Positions 19,237 through 28,565 of a stretch of 64,000 nucleotides of DNA are shown one piece after another; position 1 is the stretch's first letter; each line of letters starts with the position of its first letter. The notes under the pieces were generated by a model that was given only the letters and a program-made list of their open reading frames with translations, was not told the origin of the DNA and made no database searches. The translations under genes and the position numbers were made by a program. The stretch is from Alphaproteobacteria bacterium. Lineage in GTDB: Bacteria > Pseudomonadota > Alphaproteobacteria > UBA6615. The stretch covers positions 131,854-195,853 of the forward strand of contig JBDXCV010000009.1 of assembly GCA_039980135.1 (NCBI GenBank). Direction: 5' to 3'.

Positions 19237-20199
19237 CTACTCGGCTAGCTGAGTCTTCCAGGATGGCCGCTGCATGGCGAAATCTTCATAAGTGAATGGT
19301 CCGGCGACGACGGGTTCGAACTTGACCTTGTCGCCCGGCGCGGCGAAGTCAGCGGCATCGACCACCTGGTCGAAGCCAGGATGCACGAACAGGGGGATCG
19401 ACTGGCGGCTGGTGCCCGCACGGTTGACGACACGATGGATCGCCGACACATAGCGGTTGTTGGTCCAACGGCGAAGTAACCGGCCGACATTACATATTAT
19501 TGAAGCCTGATCGGGCTCGACGGCAATCCACTCACCGTCTGGCCCTTCCACATCAAGGCCGCCGTTCCCGTCCTGAATCAGCAGCGTGATCAAGCCGCGA
19601 TCCTCGTGCGGCCGCGAACCGAAATCGGTGACATCGACGATGTCGCCAGGCTCGGGGTAATGAATGATGCGCATGTTCGAATAACTGTTTTGCAGCGCGC
19701 TGACGAAGAAGTCGGGCTCGCGTCCCAGATGTAGCGCCATTGCCGAGAGTATCGTCTCTCCGACCGCAAACATTGCTTCATAGGTGTCGTGCATCGTCTC
19801 GTGAAAGCCGGGTAAATCCGGCCATGGCGTTGGCTTGTAGAAGGGCAGCTCGCCCAGCGCTTCGTCGGTCGGCGGCGTCGGGTGGCCCATACTGAAAGAT
19901 TCCTGACCGGCCGGCTTTTCACCCGGATAGACCTGATCGTACATCGGCACATAGCCCCGGTTGGCCGCCTGATCACGGATCGCAAGTTTCTCGGTTTCGG
20001 GATTGGCGAAAAACGTCGTGCCTTGCGAGAACATATCCGCGACCGTTTGAGCTGGCACGCCGTGACCTGTCAAACGCATGAAACCATACTGTTCTGACGC
20101 CGCGCCGACCGCAGCCGCGATAGCGTCGCGGGCCGCGGCATTACCGCTTTCAAAACCTGAAATGTCGATCAATGGAATCGTCAATTTGCCACGCGTCAT
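19237..20199 (-). CDS. 2OG-Fe(II) oxygenase (isopenicillin N synthase-like)
   Basis: N-terminal IPLIDIS…G motif. HxD…H iron triad present (HEDRGLITLL…IHRV). Confidence 0.75.
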   Translation of the reverse strand: MTRGKLTIPLIDISGFESGNAAARDAIAAAVGAASEQYGFMRLTGHGVPAQTVADMFSQGTTFFANPETEKLAIRDQAANRGYVPMYDQVYPGEKPAGQESFSMGHPTPPTDEALGELPFYKPTPWPDLPGFHETMHDTYEAMFAVGETILSAMALHLGREPDFFVSALQNSYSNMRIIHYPEPGDIVDVTDFGSRPHEDRGLITLLIQDGNGGLDVEGPDGEWIAVEPDQASIICNVGRLLRRWTNNRYVSAIHRVVNRAGTSRQSIPLFVHPGFDQVVDAADFAAPGDKVKFEPVVAGPFTYEDFAMQRPSWKTQLAE

Positions 20200-20399
20200 G
20201 TTTCCCCCTCCTGCATCTCTTTCATGCCCCCCCGGGCAATATTGACGCAACTTGCGTGCCACGGCGCCGAGTATGCGTTTATCGTTGAAAACCTCAGCAT
20301 CCGTTGCACCATGGTGGTTCCGTTACTCCAGTTTGCCCCGTATCATGTCAGCCGATGACCAGTTTGTGAGCAACGCTCGATTGCCGAGGAATACGTCTG

Positions 20400-22178
20400 A
20401 TGTCCGACTACAACGCACCCGTGCAGGACATGCAGTTCGTTCTCGAGAATCTCTGCGACATGGACGGCCTGCGCGCCCTCCCGGCATTCACGGAGACAAC
20501 CAGCGATCTGGTAGAGCAGATCCTCAATGAATCCGCGCGTTTCACGGGAGAGGTCGTTGCCCCGCTGAACCAAACAGGTGACCAGCAGACATCGACGCTG
20601 TCGGGCAGCGACGTCAAAACACCAGACGGCTTCAAGGAGGCCTATCAGGCGTTTGTCGAGGGCGGCTGGAACGGAACCCCGTTCGAGCCGGAGCATGGCG
20701 GCATGGGTCTGCCATGGACAATCACCACAGCGCTGCAGGAGATGTGGCAATCCTCGAACCTCGCCTGGTCCCTGTGCCCACTACTGACCATCGGCGCGAT
20801 CGAGTCCGTGATTGCGCATGGTTCAGACGACCTCAAGGCGACATTTCTTGAAAAACTGGTCTCTGGCGAGTGGACCGGCACCATGAACCTGACCGAGCCT
20901 CAGGCGGGTACCGATCTCGGCCTGCTCAAATCCCGCGCCGAGCGCGAGGGCGACCATTACCGGATCAAGGGCACGAAGATTTTCATCACCTATGGCGAGC
21001 AGGACTTCACCGACAACATCATCCATCTCGTGCTCGCCCGCCTGCCCGATGCGCCGCCGGGTGTGAAGGGCATCAGCCTCTTCCTTGTGCCGAAGTTCCT
21101 CGTCAACGACGACGGCTCGCTGGGCGAACGCAACGACGCCCACGCCATCAGTCTCGAGCACAAGCTGGGCATCCATGCGAGCCCGACCTGTGTCATGGCC
21201 TATGGCGAGAATAGCGACGGCGCCGTCGGGTATCTGATCGGCGAGGAGCATGACGGGCTGCGTTGCATGTTCACGATGATGAACAACGCGCGCCTCAATG
21301 TCGGCCTGCAGGGTGTCGCGGTCGCGGAGCGCGCCTACCAGCACGCCGTGGCCTATGCCCGCGAGCGGGTCCAGTCCGCGCCGGTCGCGAGCGGCGGAGA
21401 CTCCGTGACGATCATCCAGCACCCGGATGTGCGCCGCATGCTGATGTCCATGCGGGCCCAGACCGAGGCCATGCGGGCGCTGGCCTATTACACGAACTCC
21501 GCGCTGGACCGTTCACGCCATCACGGCGACGCCGAGACGCGCGGTTACAACCAGCGACGCACCGACCTCCTGACCCCCGTGGTCAAGGCCTGGTGCACCG
21601 ATCTGGGCGTCGACATCGCGTCGACCGGCGTACAGGTGCATGGCGGCATGGGCTTCATCGAGGAAACCGGTGCGGCGCAGTATTTTCGCGATTCGCGCAT
21701 CGCCCCGATTTATGAGGGCACCAACGGCATTCAGGCAATCGACCTGCTCGGCCGCAAACTCCTGCGTGACGGCGGGGCTGCAATGGAGGAACTGCTCGAC
21801 GAAATCGACGAGATACCCGATTCGGACGATCCGGAGATCGCGACCATCATTGCCGCGCAGAAGGATGCCAACCGGACCTTGCGTCATGCTTCGGAATGGA
21901 TGCTCGACCCCGCCAACAACGATGTGAACCGAAAATTCGCCGGCGCCCACGCCTTCCTGCATCTGGCCGGCACCGTCGTCGGCGGTTGGCTGATGACCCG
22001 TTCTGCACTCGCCGCGAAGAACGGTGCCGCGAGCGGTGAAAGCCCGGAATTCCTGGAGTCCAAGGGAATCACCGCGCGGTTCTATGCCGACCACATCCTG
22101 CCCCGTGCCACCATGCATCTGGAGACGATCACCCGGGGCGGCGATTCGGTTATGGCGCTGGCAGAAGATCGTTTCTAG
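20400..22178 (+). CDS. long-form acyl-CoA dehydrogenase (with C-terminal extension)
   Basis: 592 aa. ACAD N/M/C domains followed by an extra C-terminal domain. RBS GAGGA precedes ATG 20400. Confidence 0.8.
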   Translation: MSDYNAPVQDMQFVLENLCDMDGLRALPAFTETTSDLVEQILNESARFTGEVVAPLNQTGDQQTSTLSGSDVKTPDGFKEAYQAFVEGGWNGTPFEPEHGGMGLPWTITTALQEMWQSSNLAWSLCPLLTIGAIESVIAHGSDDLKATFLEKLVSGEWTGTMNLTEPQAGTDLGLLKSRAEREGDHYRIKGTKIFITYGEQDFTDNIIHLVLARLPDAPPGVKGISLFLVPKFLVNDDGSLGERNDAHAISLEHKLGIHASPTCVMAYGENSDGAVGYLIGEEHDGLRCMFTMMNNARLNVGLQGVAVAERAYQHAVAYARERVQSAPVASGGDSVTIIQHPDVRRMLMSMRAQTEAMRALAYYTNSALDRSRHHGDAETRGYNQRRTDLLTPVVKAWCTDLGVDIASTGVQVHGGMGFIEETGAAQYFRDSRIAPIYEGTNGIQAIDLLGRKLLRDGGAAMEELLDEIDEIPDSDDPEIATIIAAQKDANRTLRHASEWMLDPANNDVNRKFAGAHAFLHLAGTVVGGWLMTRSALAAKNGAASGESPEFLESKGITARFYADHILPRATMHLETITRGGDSVMALAEDRF

Positions 22179-22277
22179 AAATTTTTTCGCCCCTGTGACG
22201 GGCATCACATCGCGCCGTCCTGCTGTCGGATAGATTGACCTCATTGCTCCCTTACCCAGGAAGCAAGCTTCCCCTCC

Positions 22278-22312
22278 GGGGCGGTAGTCCGACAGTGTCG
22301 GACTACCGCCCC
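22278..22312. promoter_or_regulatory. long perfect hairpin (17-nt arms) in speH leader / ACAD 3' region
   Basis: GGGGCGGTAGTCCGACAGTGTCGGACTACCGCCCC. The arms are exact reverse complements. Confidence 0.5.
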
Positions 22313-22454
22313 ACCCCCAAATTCCCAAATCGATTTCCCGGCACCGATCCGACCGGACAGTCTGTCGGCCAAGCCGTGTATTTTGGTTGTTGCACGGCTC
22401 GAGAATTTCACTAAAAAGCACCGGCCCGACACACGCCTTCTGGAGCAACCGAGG

Positions 22455-22868
22455 ATGGCAATCAACGCGTCTGCGGCCGCAGAACCGGCCGAACTCACCG
22501 ACTACTTCATCCACGAGAACGGCGTCACATTCGCCGGGCGGCATCTGCTCGTCGATTTATGGGGTGCCGAGCATCTGACGGATATCGACTACATCGAACA
22601 CGCCCTGCGCAAGGCGGCCGACGCGGCAGCGGCGGCCGTACTGGACGTGCGACTTCATCAATTCTCCGACTCCGGCGGCGTGTCGGGTGTGGCAATTCTT
22701 GCCGAGAGCCATATTTCGATCCACACATGGCCGGAACGCGACTATGCGGCCATCGACGTATTCATGTGCGGTTCCTGCAACCCGCATAACTCCGTTCCGC
22801 TCCTGAAATCGGCCTTCAACGCGAAATCCGTCACAATGAACGAAACCCGCCGGGGCGTGGTGGCTTGA
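22455..22868 (+). CDS. speH: S-adenosylmethionine decarboxylase proenzyme (small SpeH/class 1b type)
   Basis: Self-processing site motif AESHISIHTWPE. Start is uncertain: ATG 22455, or an upstream TTG. Confidence 0.8.
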   Translation: MAINASAAAEPAELTDYFIHENGVTFAGRHLLVDLWGAEHLTDIDYIEHALRKAADAAAAAVLDVRLHQFSDSGGVSGVAILAESHISIHTWPERDYAAIDVFMCGSCNPHNSVPLLKSAFNAKSVTMNETRRGVVA

Positions 22869-23749
22869 GCGACGCGGATAACGGTTCCGAAATCGGCTGG
22901 GCATGGTTCGACGAGCCGCTCGGGGTCGGGCTACAGCTGGGTGTGGAAATCGAGTCTGTCGTCTTCCGCGAGAAAACCGCGCATCAGGACCTGGTGATAT
23001 ACGAGACAGCCCAATGGGGCCGCGTCATGGCGCTGGACGGGATCATGCAGGTCTGCGAGCGCGACGAATTCATCTATCACGAGATGCTGACCCACGTGCC
23101 GATTCTGGCCCATGGCAATGCACGGGAAATCTGCATCGTCGGCGGCGGCGACGGGGGTATCCTGCGCGAGGCACTGCGCCACCCGATCAACCGGGTCACG
23201 ATGGTCGAGATCGACGCTTCGGTCGTGGAACTTTGCACCACACACCTGCCCTCGATTTCAGACGGCGCGTTCAACGATCCGCGCGCCAATCTCGTGATCG
23301 CCGACGGCGCGCGCTTCATCGCCGAAACGGACCAGCGCTTCGATGTGATCATCGTCGACTCCACAGACCCGATCGGTCCCGGTGAGGTGTTGTTCACCAG
23401 CGAATTCTACGGCGGCTGCAAGGCGCGGCTGACGGAAGGGGGCGTCATCGTGACCCAAAGCGGCGTGGCGATGATCCAGGGGAGCGAGCTGACCACCACC
23501 GTGCGCCGCCTGGGCGAGCATTTTGCCGATTCCAGCGCGTATATCGCGCCGGTGCCGACCTATATCGGCGGTTTCATGGCATTTGGTTGGGGCTCGGACA
23601 ATTCAGGTTTGCGCAAATTCAGCGCCGGCGTGCTTGCCGCGCGCGCCGAACAGGCCGATATCAACACGCGTTACTACAATGCCGATCTTCATGTCGGCGC
23701 ATTCGCGCTGCCGACATACATCGCCGAATATGTGGAGGCCGCCCGATGA
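22865..23749 (+). CDS. speE: spermidine synthase
   Basis: GGGDGG SAM-binding motif and DSTDPIGP. Its start overlaps the speH stop codon. Confidence 0.9.
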   Translation: MSDADNGSEIGWAWFDEPLGVGLQLGVEIESVVFREKTAHQDLVIYETAQWGRVMALDGIMQVCERDEFIYHEMLTHVPILAHGNAREICIVGGGDGGILREALRHPINRVTMVEIDASVVELCTTHLPSISDGAFNDPRANLVIADGARFIAETDQRFDVIIVDSTDPIGPGEVLFTSEFYGGCKARLTEGGVIVTQSGVAMIQGSELTTTVRRLGEHFADSSAYIAPVPTYIGGFMAFGWGSDNSGLRKFSAGVLAARAEQADINTRYYNADLHVGAFALPTYIAEYVEAAR

Positions 23750-24345
23750 GTGATCCGATCAAGTTCTACTATGCCTGTATTTCGCCCTGGTCCTACATGG
23801 CCGTCGATGCGCTGAAGGCCCTGGCCGACAAGCATGGGCGCGAAATCGCCTACAAACCCACCCATGTGGGGCAGCAATGGGAGAAAACGAGCGCCGGTCG
23901 GCCGCTCGGCGACCGGCCCGAGGTGCTCCAGGCCTACCGGCTCATCGAACTGCCCCGCTGGGCCGAATGGCGCGGCGTCCCCATCAATTCCAAACCGAAG
24001 CATTTCCCCGCACCGTTCCTCCTGTCATCGGGCGTGATCATCGCCGCCGGGCAGGCCGGTGCGGACATGCACGACATCACGCGCGCGCTGGCACGCGGGT
24101 GCTGGGTTGATGAAAGGAATATCGGCGATCCCGACGAGGTCGCGGCCATCGCCGACGGTGTGGGTCTCGACGGCGCGGCCCTCGTCGCGGCGGCCGAATC
24201 AGATTCGGTCACGGCCGAACTACAGGCCAACACGGACGAATCGCTGGCCGACGGCGCCTGGAGTGTGCCGTCCTTCGTGGTCGATGGCGAACTGTTCTTC
24301 GGACAGGACAGAATCGAGATGATGGACTGGCGCCTGTCCGCGTAA
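23746..24345 (+). CDS. 2-hydroxychromene-2-carboxylate isomerase family (DsbA-like thioredoxin fold) protein
   Basis: FYYACISPWSY N-terminal motif of the HCCA isomerase/DsbA-like family. ATGA overlap with the speE stop. Confidence 0.7.
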   Translation: MSDPIKFYYACISPWSYMAVDALKALADKHGREIAYKPTHVGQQWEKTSAGRPLGDRPEVLQAYRLIELPRWAEWRGVPINSKPKHFPAPFLLSSGVIIAAGQAGADMHDITRALARGCWVDERNIGDPDEVAAIADGVGLDGAALVAAAESDSVTAELQANTDESLADGAWSVPSFVVDGELFFGQDRIEMMDWRLSA

Positions 24346-24381
24346 CGGCGACCCGACACCCCCCTTGCGCGAAAGGCCCGC

Positions 24382-25224
24382 GTGGGGATTTACTGTTGCA
24401 TGGACCTGTTTCTGGAACTGGCGCCGCTCGCCGGTGTCTTGATTGTCACCGGTTGCATCGCGGGCATCCTCGCGGGCCTGCTCGGTGTCGGCGGCGGTAT
24501 CATCGTCGTCCCGGTGCTGTTCACGATGCTTGGCCTCATCGAGATCGACGATTCGGTGCGCATGCATGTGGCCGTTGGTACGTCGCTGGCCAGCATCGTC
24601 ATCACATCCCTGATCTCGGCGCGGTCCCACCACCGGCGCGGTGCCGTCGATACCGATCTGCTCAAGAAATGGGGAGTCTGGATTCTGCTTGGCTCCGTCG
24701 CCGGCACACTGATTGCCGGCGCTGTCGACGGGCCGGTCCTCAGCATGGTGTTCGCCTTTGTCGCGCTCACCGTCGCCATCTACATGGCAACCACATCGGC
24801 GGATTTCCGCATTCGCGACTCCCTGCCAGCCGGGATGACCGGAAGTTCGTCCGGTTTTCTCATCGGCGGTCTGTCGGCGATGATGGGGATCGGCGGTGGC
24901 ACCCTGTGCGTGCCCTACTTCAATGCCTTCGGATTTCCCGTGCACCGCGCGGTCGGAACGGCGGCGGCAATCGGCCTGGTGATCGCGCTGCCGGCGACCA
25001 TCGGATTCGTGGCAACCGGCTGGGGCATCCCGGCTCTGCCCGAGGCCAGCGTCGGCCATGTGAACTTGCTGGGCCTGATCCTGATCGCACCCTTCACGTC
25101 GCTGACGGCACCCCTCGGGGTCAGGCTGGCGCATCGACTGAGTGCACGCGCCCTCAAGCTGTTGTTTGCCCTGTTTCTGTTTGCCACGTCGGCCCGGATG
25201 CTCGTGGCCCTGTTCCTGGCCTAG
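24382..25224 (+). CDS. sulfite exporter TauE/SafE family membrane protein
   Basis: Two-repeat polytopic membrane protein with glycine-rich GLLGVGGG / GIGGG motifs. Confidence 0.75.
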   Translation: MGIYCCMDLFLELAPLAGVLIVTGCIAGILAGLLGVGGGIIVVPVLFTMLGLIEIDDSVRMHVAVGTSLASIVITSLISARSHHRRGAVDTDLLKKWGVWILLGSVAGTLIAGAVDGPVLSMVFAFVALTVAIYMATTSADFRIRDSLPAGMTGSSSGFLIGGLSAMMGIGGGTLCVPYFNAFGFPVHRAVGTAAAIGLVIALPATIGFVATGWGIPALPEASVGHVNLLGLILIAPFTSLTAPLGVRLAHRLSARALKLLFALFLFATSARMLVALFLA

Positions 25225-25225
25225 A

Positions 25226-25786
25226 TCAGTCCGTTCGCTTGCCGAGCCAGGACACCGCATCGGCGAGCGAACCCACCACCGCGTCCGCGCGGGTGCCCGC
25301 GGTATCTTCGGTGCCCTCTATCAGCAGACGCACCCCGACACCCCCGTTGATACCCGCCTCTATATCGGTCTCGCGGTCACCGACGATGGCGGACGCGGCC
25401 ATGTCGATATCGAACGCGTCGCGCGCCTTGAACAGCATGCCGGGACCCGGCTTCCGGTCCGGCGATTCCCGCTTGTACACGCCGATCCCTTCCTCGGGGT
25501 GCGTGGGTGAAAAATAGGTGCGGGCAATCTCGATACCGCGCTCGCGGAATTGACCTTCCATCCACGCGGTCAACGCATGGAATTGTTGTTCGGTATAAAG
25601 CCCCCGGCCAATCCCGGCCTGGTTGGTCACCACAACCAGCAGATACCCCATATCCCGGGCTGCCTGGCATCCTTCGAAGACGCCCTCACGGAAGATGAAG
25701 TCCTCGATCCGCCAGATATAGCCGCTGTCGACGTTGATCACCCCGTCGCGGTCCAGAAAAAGAGCCTTCACCTGTTCCTGCGGCAT
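25226..25786 (-). CDS. gmhB: D,D-heptose 1,7-bisphosphate phosphatase / HAD-IIIA family hydrolase
   Basis: FLDRDGVIN HAD motif I, plus VVTNQ and GDRETD motifs. Confidence 0.8.
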   Translation of the reverse strand: MPQEQVKALFLDRDGVINVDSGYIWRIEDFIFREGVFEGCQAARDMGYLLVVVTNQAGIGRGLYTEQQFHALTAWMEGQFRERGIEIARTYFSPTHPEEGIGVYKRESPDRKPGPGMLFKARDAFDIDMAASAIVGDRETDIEAGINGGVGVRLLIEGTEDTAGTRADAVVGSLADAVSWLGKRTD

Positions 25787-25794
25787 GTATGGGA

Positions 25795-27477
25795 CTACTC
25801 GGCCGCTTTCTGCGCGCGCTCGCGCAGCTGCGTGAGCGTGAAGTTGCTCGCAATCAGCTCCTGATCGACGACCAGCTCGATCACCGCAGGCCGGCCCGCC
25901 GCGAGCGCCCGCTCCATCGCGGGGCCGAATTCCCCGGTCGCCTTCACCCGCTCGCCCTGTGCACCGAAGGCCTCGGCCCAGGCGACGAAATCGGGGTTGC
26001 GGAGATGGGTCGCGATTTCGCGGCCCGGGTATTCGCGCTCCTCATGCATCCGGATCGTGCCGTACATGCTGTTGTTGGCGATGATCAACACAATCGGCAG
26101 ATCATGCTGGACTGCCGTTGCAAGCTCATTGCCGGTCATCAGGATTCCGCCATCACCGGCGTAGCAAATCACCGGCACGTCCGGGCAGGCGGTCTTGGCC
26201 GCGATTGCCGCCGGCATGCCATAACCCATGGATCCGTTCGCCGGTCCCAGCTGGGTCCGGTATTTCCGAAACTTGAAGAAGCGGCTGGTCCAGCCGGCGA
26301 AGTTGCCGGCATCGGTGGTGATGATGGCGTCGTCGGGCAGAATATCCCGGAGCTGAACGAACAATTCCGCCAGGTTCAATGGCCCCGGCACGTCGGTCGG
26401 TACGGTCCAGGCGTCGAAGTCCTTGCGCCCGTCGCTGAGCCATCCGGCCCATCTGTCCGGGTCGAGATGAAGGTGCCGCCGCGCCTTCGACACGAATGCG
26501 CCCATCCCCGACGCGATTGGCAAATCGGCCTGAAACACCCGCCCGAGCTCGGTATGATCGGGGTAGACATGGATCAGGGTCTGGTCCGGTCGCGGGGCTT
26601 TCACGATGGTATAGGCTTGGGATGTCGTCTCGCCCAGCCGGGCGCCGATAACCAACAGGAGATCCGCATCGCGCACACGTTGGGTGAGCTTCGGATTGGT
26701 GTTGTAGCCGAGTTCACCGACGAAATTCGGATGGTCGTTGTTGAAGATATCCATGACCCGAAAAGAAGACACGGCCGGCAGGCCATTCGATTCGCAGAAC
26801 GCCTCCAACTCGGCGCATATCCCGGCCGACCAGCCGCCGCCGCCAAAGATCACCAGCGGGCGCTCGGCAGCGGACAGGAGATCGCGGACACGTGCGATAT
26901 CATCGTCGCTCGGCTCCGGTGACGCATGGGCCGAAACCCTCGCGTCGGGCACATCCACTTCGTCGGTCAGCATGTCTTCCGGCAGTGAGACCACCACCGG
27001 GCCTGGCCGCCCGCCCGCCGCGACGGCGATGGCCCGCGCCGTGATCTCGGGCATGCGCGCAGCGTCGTCCACCTCGACCGCCCATTTGGCGACAGGTGCG
27101 AACATCGCCTCGAAATCGATCTCCTGGAATGCCTCGCGGTGGCGAAACTCGCGCGGCACCTGCCCCACGAACAGAATCATCGGCGAGGAATCCTGCAACG
27201 CCGTGTGTACACCGATGCTGGCGTTGCACGCCCCGGGTCCGCGCGTGACAAAGGCGATGCCCGGCTTGCCGGTTAGCTTGCCATATGCCTCGGCGGCGTA
27301 TGCCGCGCCGTTCTCATGCCGGCAGGTGATAACACGAACCGAATCCCGAACGTCATACAATGCGTCCAGCGCGGCGAGATAACTCTCGCCGGGCACACAA
27401 AAAACCGTGTCGACCCCGTGCAGAACCAAGGTATCGACCAAAATCTGACCACCCGTGCGCAATTCGCCCTCTGCCAC
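25795..27477 (-). CDS. thiamine pyrophosphate-dependent enzyme (acetolactate synthase-like)
   Basis: 560 aa with TPP N-, central and C-terminal domains (GGGILMTGNELATA…). Confidence 0.8.
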   Translation of the reverse strand: MAEGELRTGGQILVDTLVLHGVDTVFCVPGESYLAALDALYDVRDSVRVITCRHENGAAYAAEAYGKLTGKPGIAFVTRGPGACNASIGVHTALQDSSPMILFVGQVPREFRHREAFQEIDFEAMFAPVAKWAVEVDDAARMPEITARAIAVAAGGRPGPVVVSLPEDMLTDEVDVPDARVSAHASPEPSDDDIARVRDLLSAAERPLVIFGGGGWSAGICAELEAFCESNGLPAVSSFRVMDIFNNDHPNFVGELGYNTNPKLTQRVRDADLLLVIGARLGETTSQAYTIVKAPRPDQTLIHVYPDHTELGRVFQADLPIASGMGAFVSKARRHLHLDPDRWAGWLSDGRKDFDAWTVPTDVPGPLNLAELFVQLRDILPDDAIITTDAGNFAGWTSRFFKFRKYRTQLGPANGSMGYGMPAAIAAKTACPDVPVICYAGDGGILMTGNELATAVQHDLPIVLIIANNSMYGTIRMHEEREYPGREIATHLRNPDFVAWAEAFGAQGERVKATGEFGPAMERALAAGRPAVIELVVDQELIASNFTLTQLRERAQKAAE

Positions 27478-27628
27478 AACTGTTTGATAATATTCGAATA
27501 TCTCAGGAGTTCACGATCCGGTTCTCCTTCCGTTGAGAATATCATCTTGCACCGCGCCGGAAAACCGGACGTGGTAGTATCATTGTAGGAGTGAGTTTGG
27601 TCTGCCGCCAGAAAGGCCGCGTATTTTC

Positions 27629-28558
27629 ATGGTAACGATTCCATCTTCGCCCAAGGGTCCCGCGGTCTATGTGGTGGGTGAAAGGCAGGTCGATGCGACC
27701 TTCCGCACGCTGATCGAATTGTGCCTGAAGACCCTGAAGAGCGGCCCCTGCGACGTTGAGGCTGTCGTGACCGCGGCCGATGTCAGCCCGGCAGATCGCA
27801 GCGCAATCCTCGAATTCCTGCAGGACGAATACAATGCGCGGGGCGCGTTCATCACCGGTCAGGAATCGCAATTTCTCGACGAATCCAGCGACGCCTACGA
27901 TGAGATCGACGACGCCAGCCTGCTTCTCGGCGAAGTCGGTGTGGTCGTGCGCCAACCGGGCCAGCTTCGCGCCGCCGCACCGCGCCTTGACGCTGCTGTC
28001 CGCGCGGCAAACCGAATCCTGCCGGGCGATACCCCGGAAATTCTGATCCTGGGCGCCGGTCCGGATGCGCGTGCCGTCGCGGCCGCCGTCGCGACAGGGG
28101 CCTGTGATGCCAAGCCGCAGAAAGTGACCATCGCCAGCACGGATTCAAAGGGCCTGGCGGACGTCCGCCAGCGCATCGAGAACCGCGTCAACCAGGGCGA
28201 ACTCGAAATTCGCCATGTGGAAAGCCCCACGGAACATGACCGGCTATTGGCGCTATTGCCGCCACGAAGCGCCGTCATCAACGCCAGCGAAGGCGAGTAT
28301 GGCACCAATGCCGCCGTCGGCAGCGCGGCGCTCTTTCCCGCGCAGAGCGTCGTCTGCGACCTGCTGGCCCCGGCGGGCAGGTCTCGGCTTCTCGCAGAGG
28401 CAGTCCAGCAGCGTAGCGCATCGGAGCTCAAGATCCATGACGGACGCATCTACGCCCTGGAGTGCCGGTTCGCGGTCCTGCAGGCCATGTTCGGCGCCGA
28501 AGCGAGCGACGCGCAGCTGGGCACACTGCGCAAAGGCATCGAGAAACTCGGAGCCTAG
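27629..28558 (+). CDS. hypothetical NAD(P)-binding protein (shikimate dehydrogenase-like Rossmann motif)
   Basis: ILILGAGPDARAVAAAVA resembles the AroE-family dinucleotide-binding motif. The N-terminal domain is not recognised. Confidence 0.3.
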   Translation: MVTIPSSPKGPAVYVVGERQVDATFRTLIELCLKTLKSGPCDVEAVVTAADVSPADRSAILEFLQDEYNARGAFITGQESQFLDESSDAYDEIDDASLLLGEVGVVVRQPGQLRAAAPRLDAAVRAANRILPGDTPEILILGAGPDARAVAAAVATGACDAKPQKVTIASTDSKGLADVRQRIENRVNQGELEIRHVESPTEHDRLLALLPPRSAVINASEGEYGTNAAVGSAALFPAQSVVCDLLAPAGRSRLLAEAVQQRSASELKIHDGRIYALECRFAVLQAMFGAEASDAQLGTLRKGIEKLGA

Positions 28559-28565
28559 AAAACGG

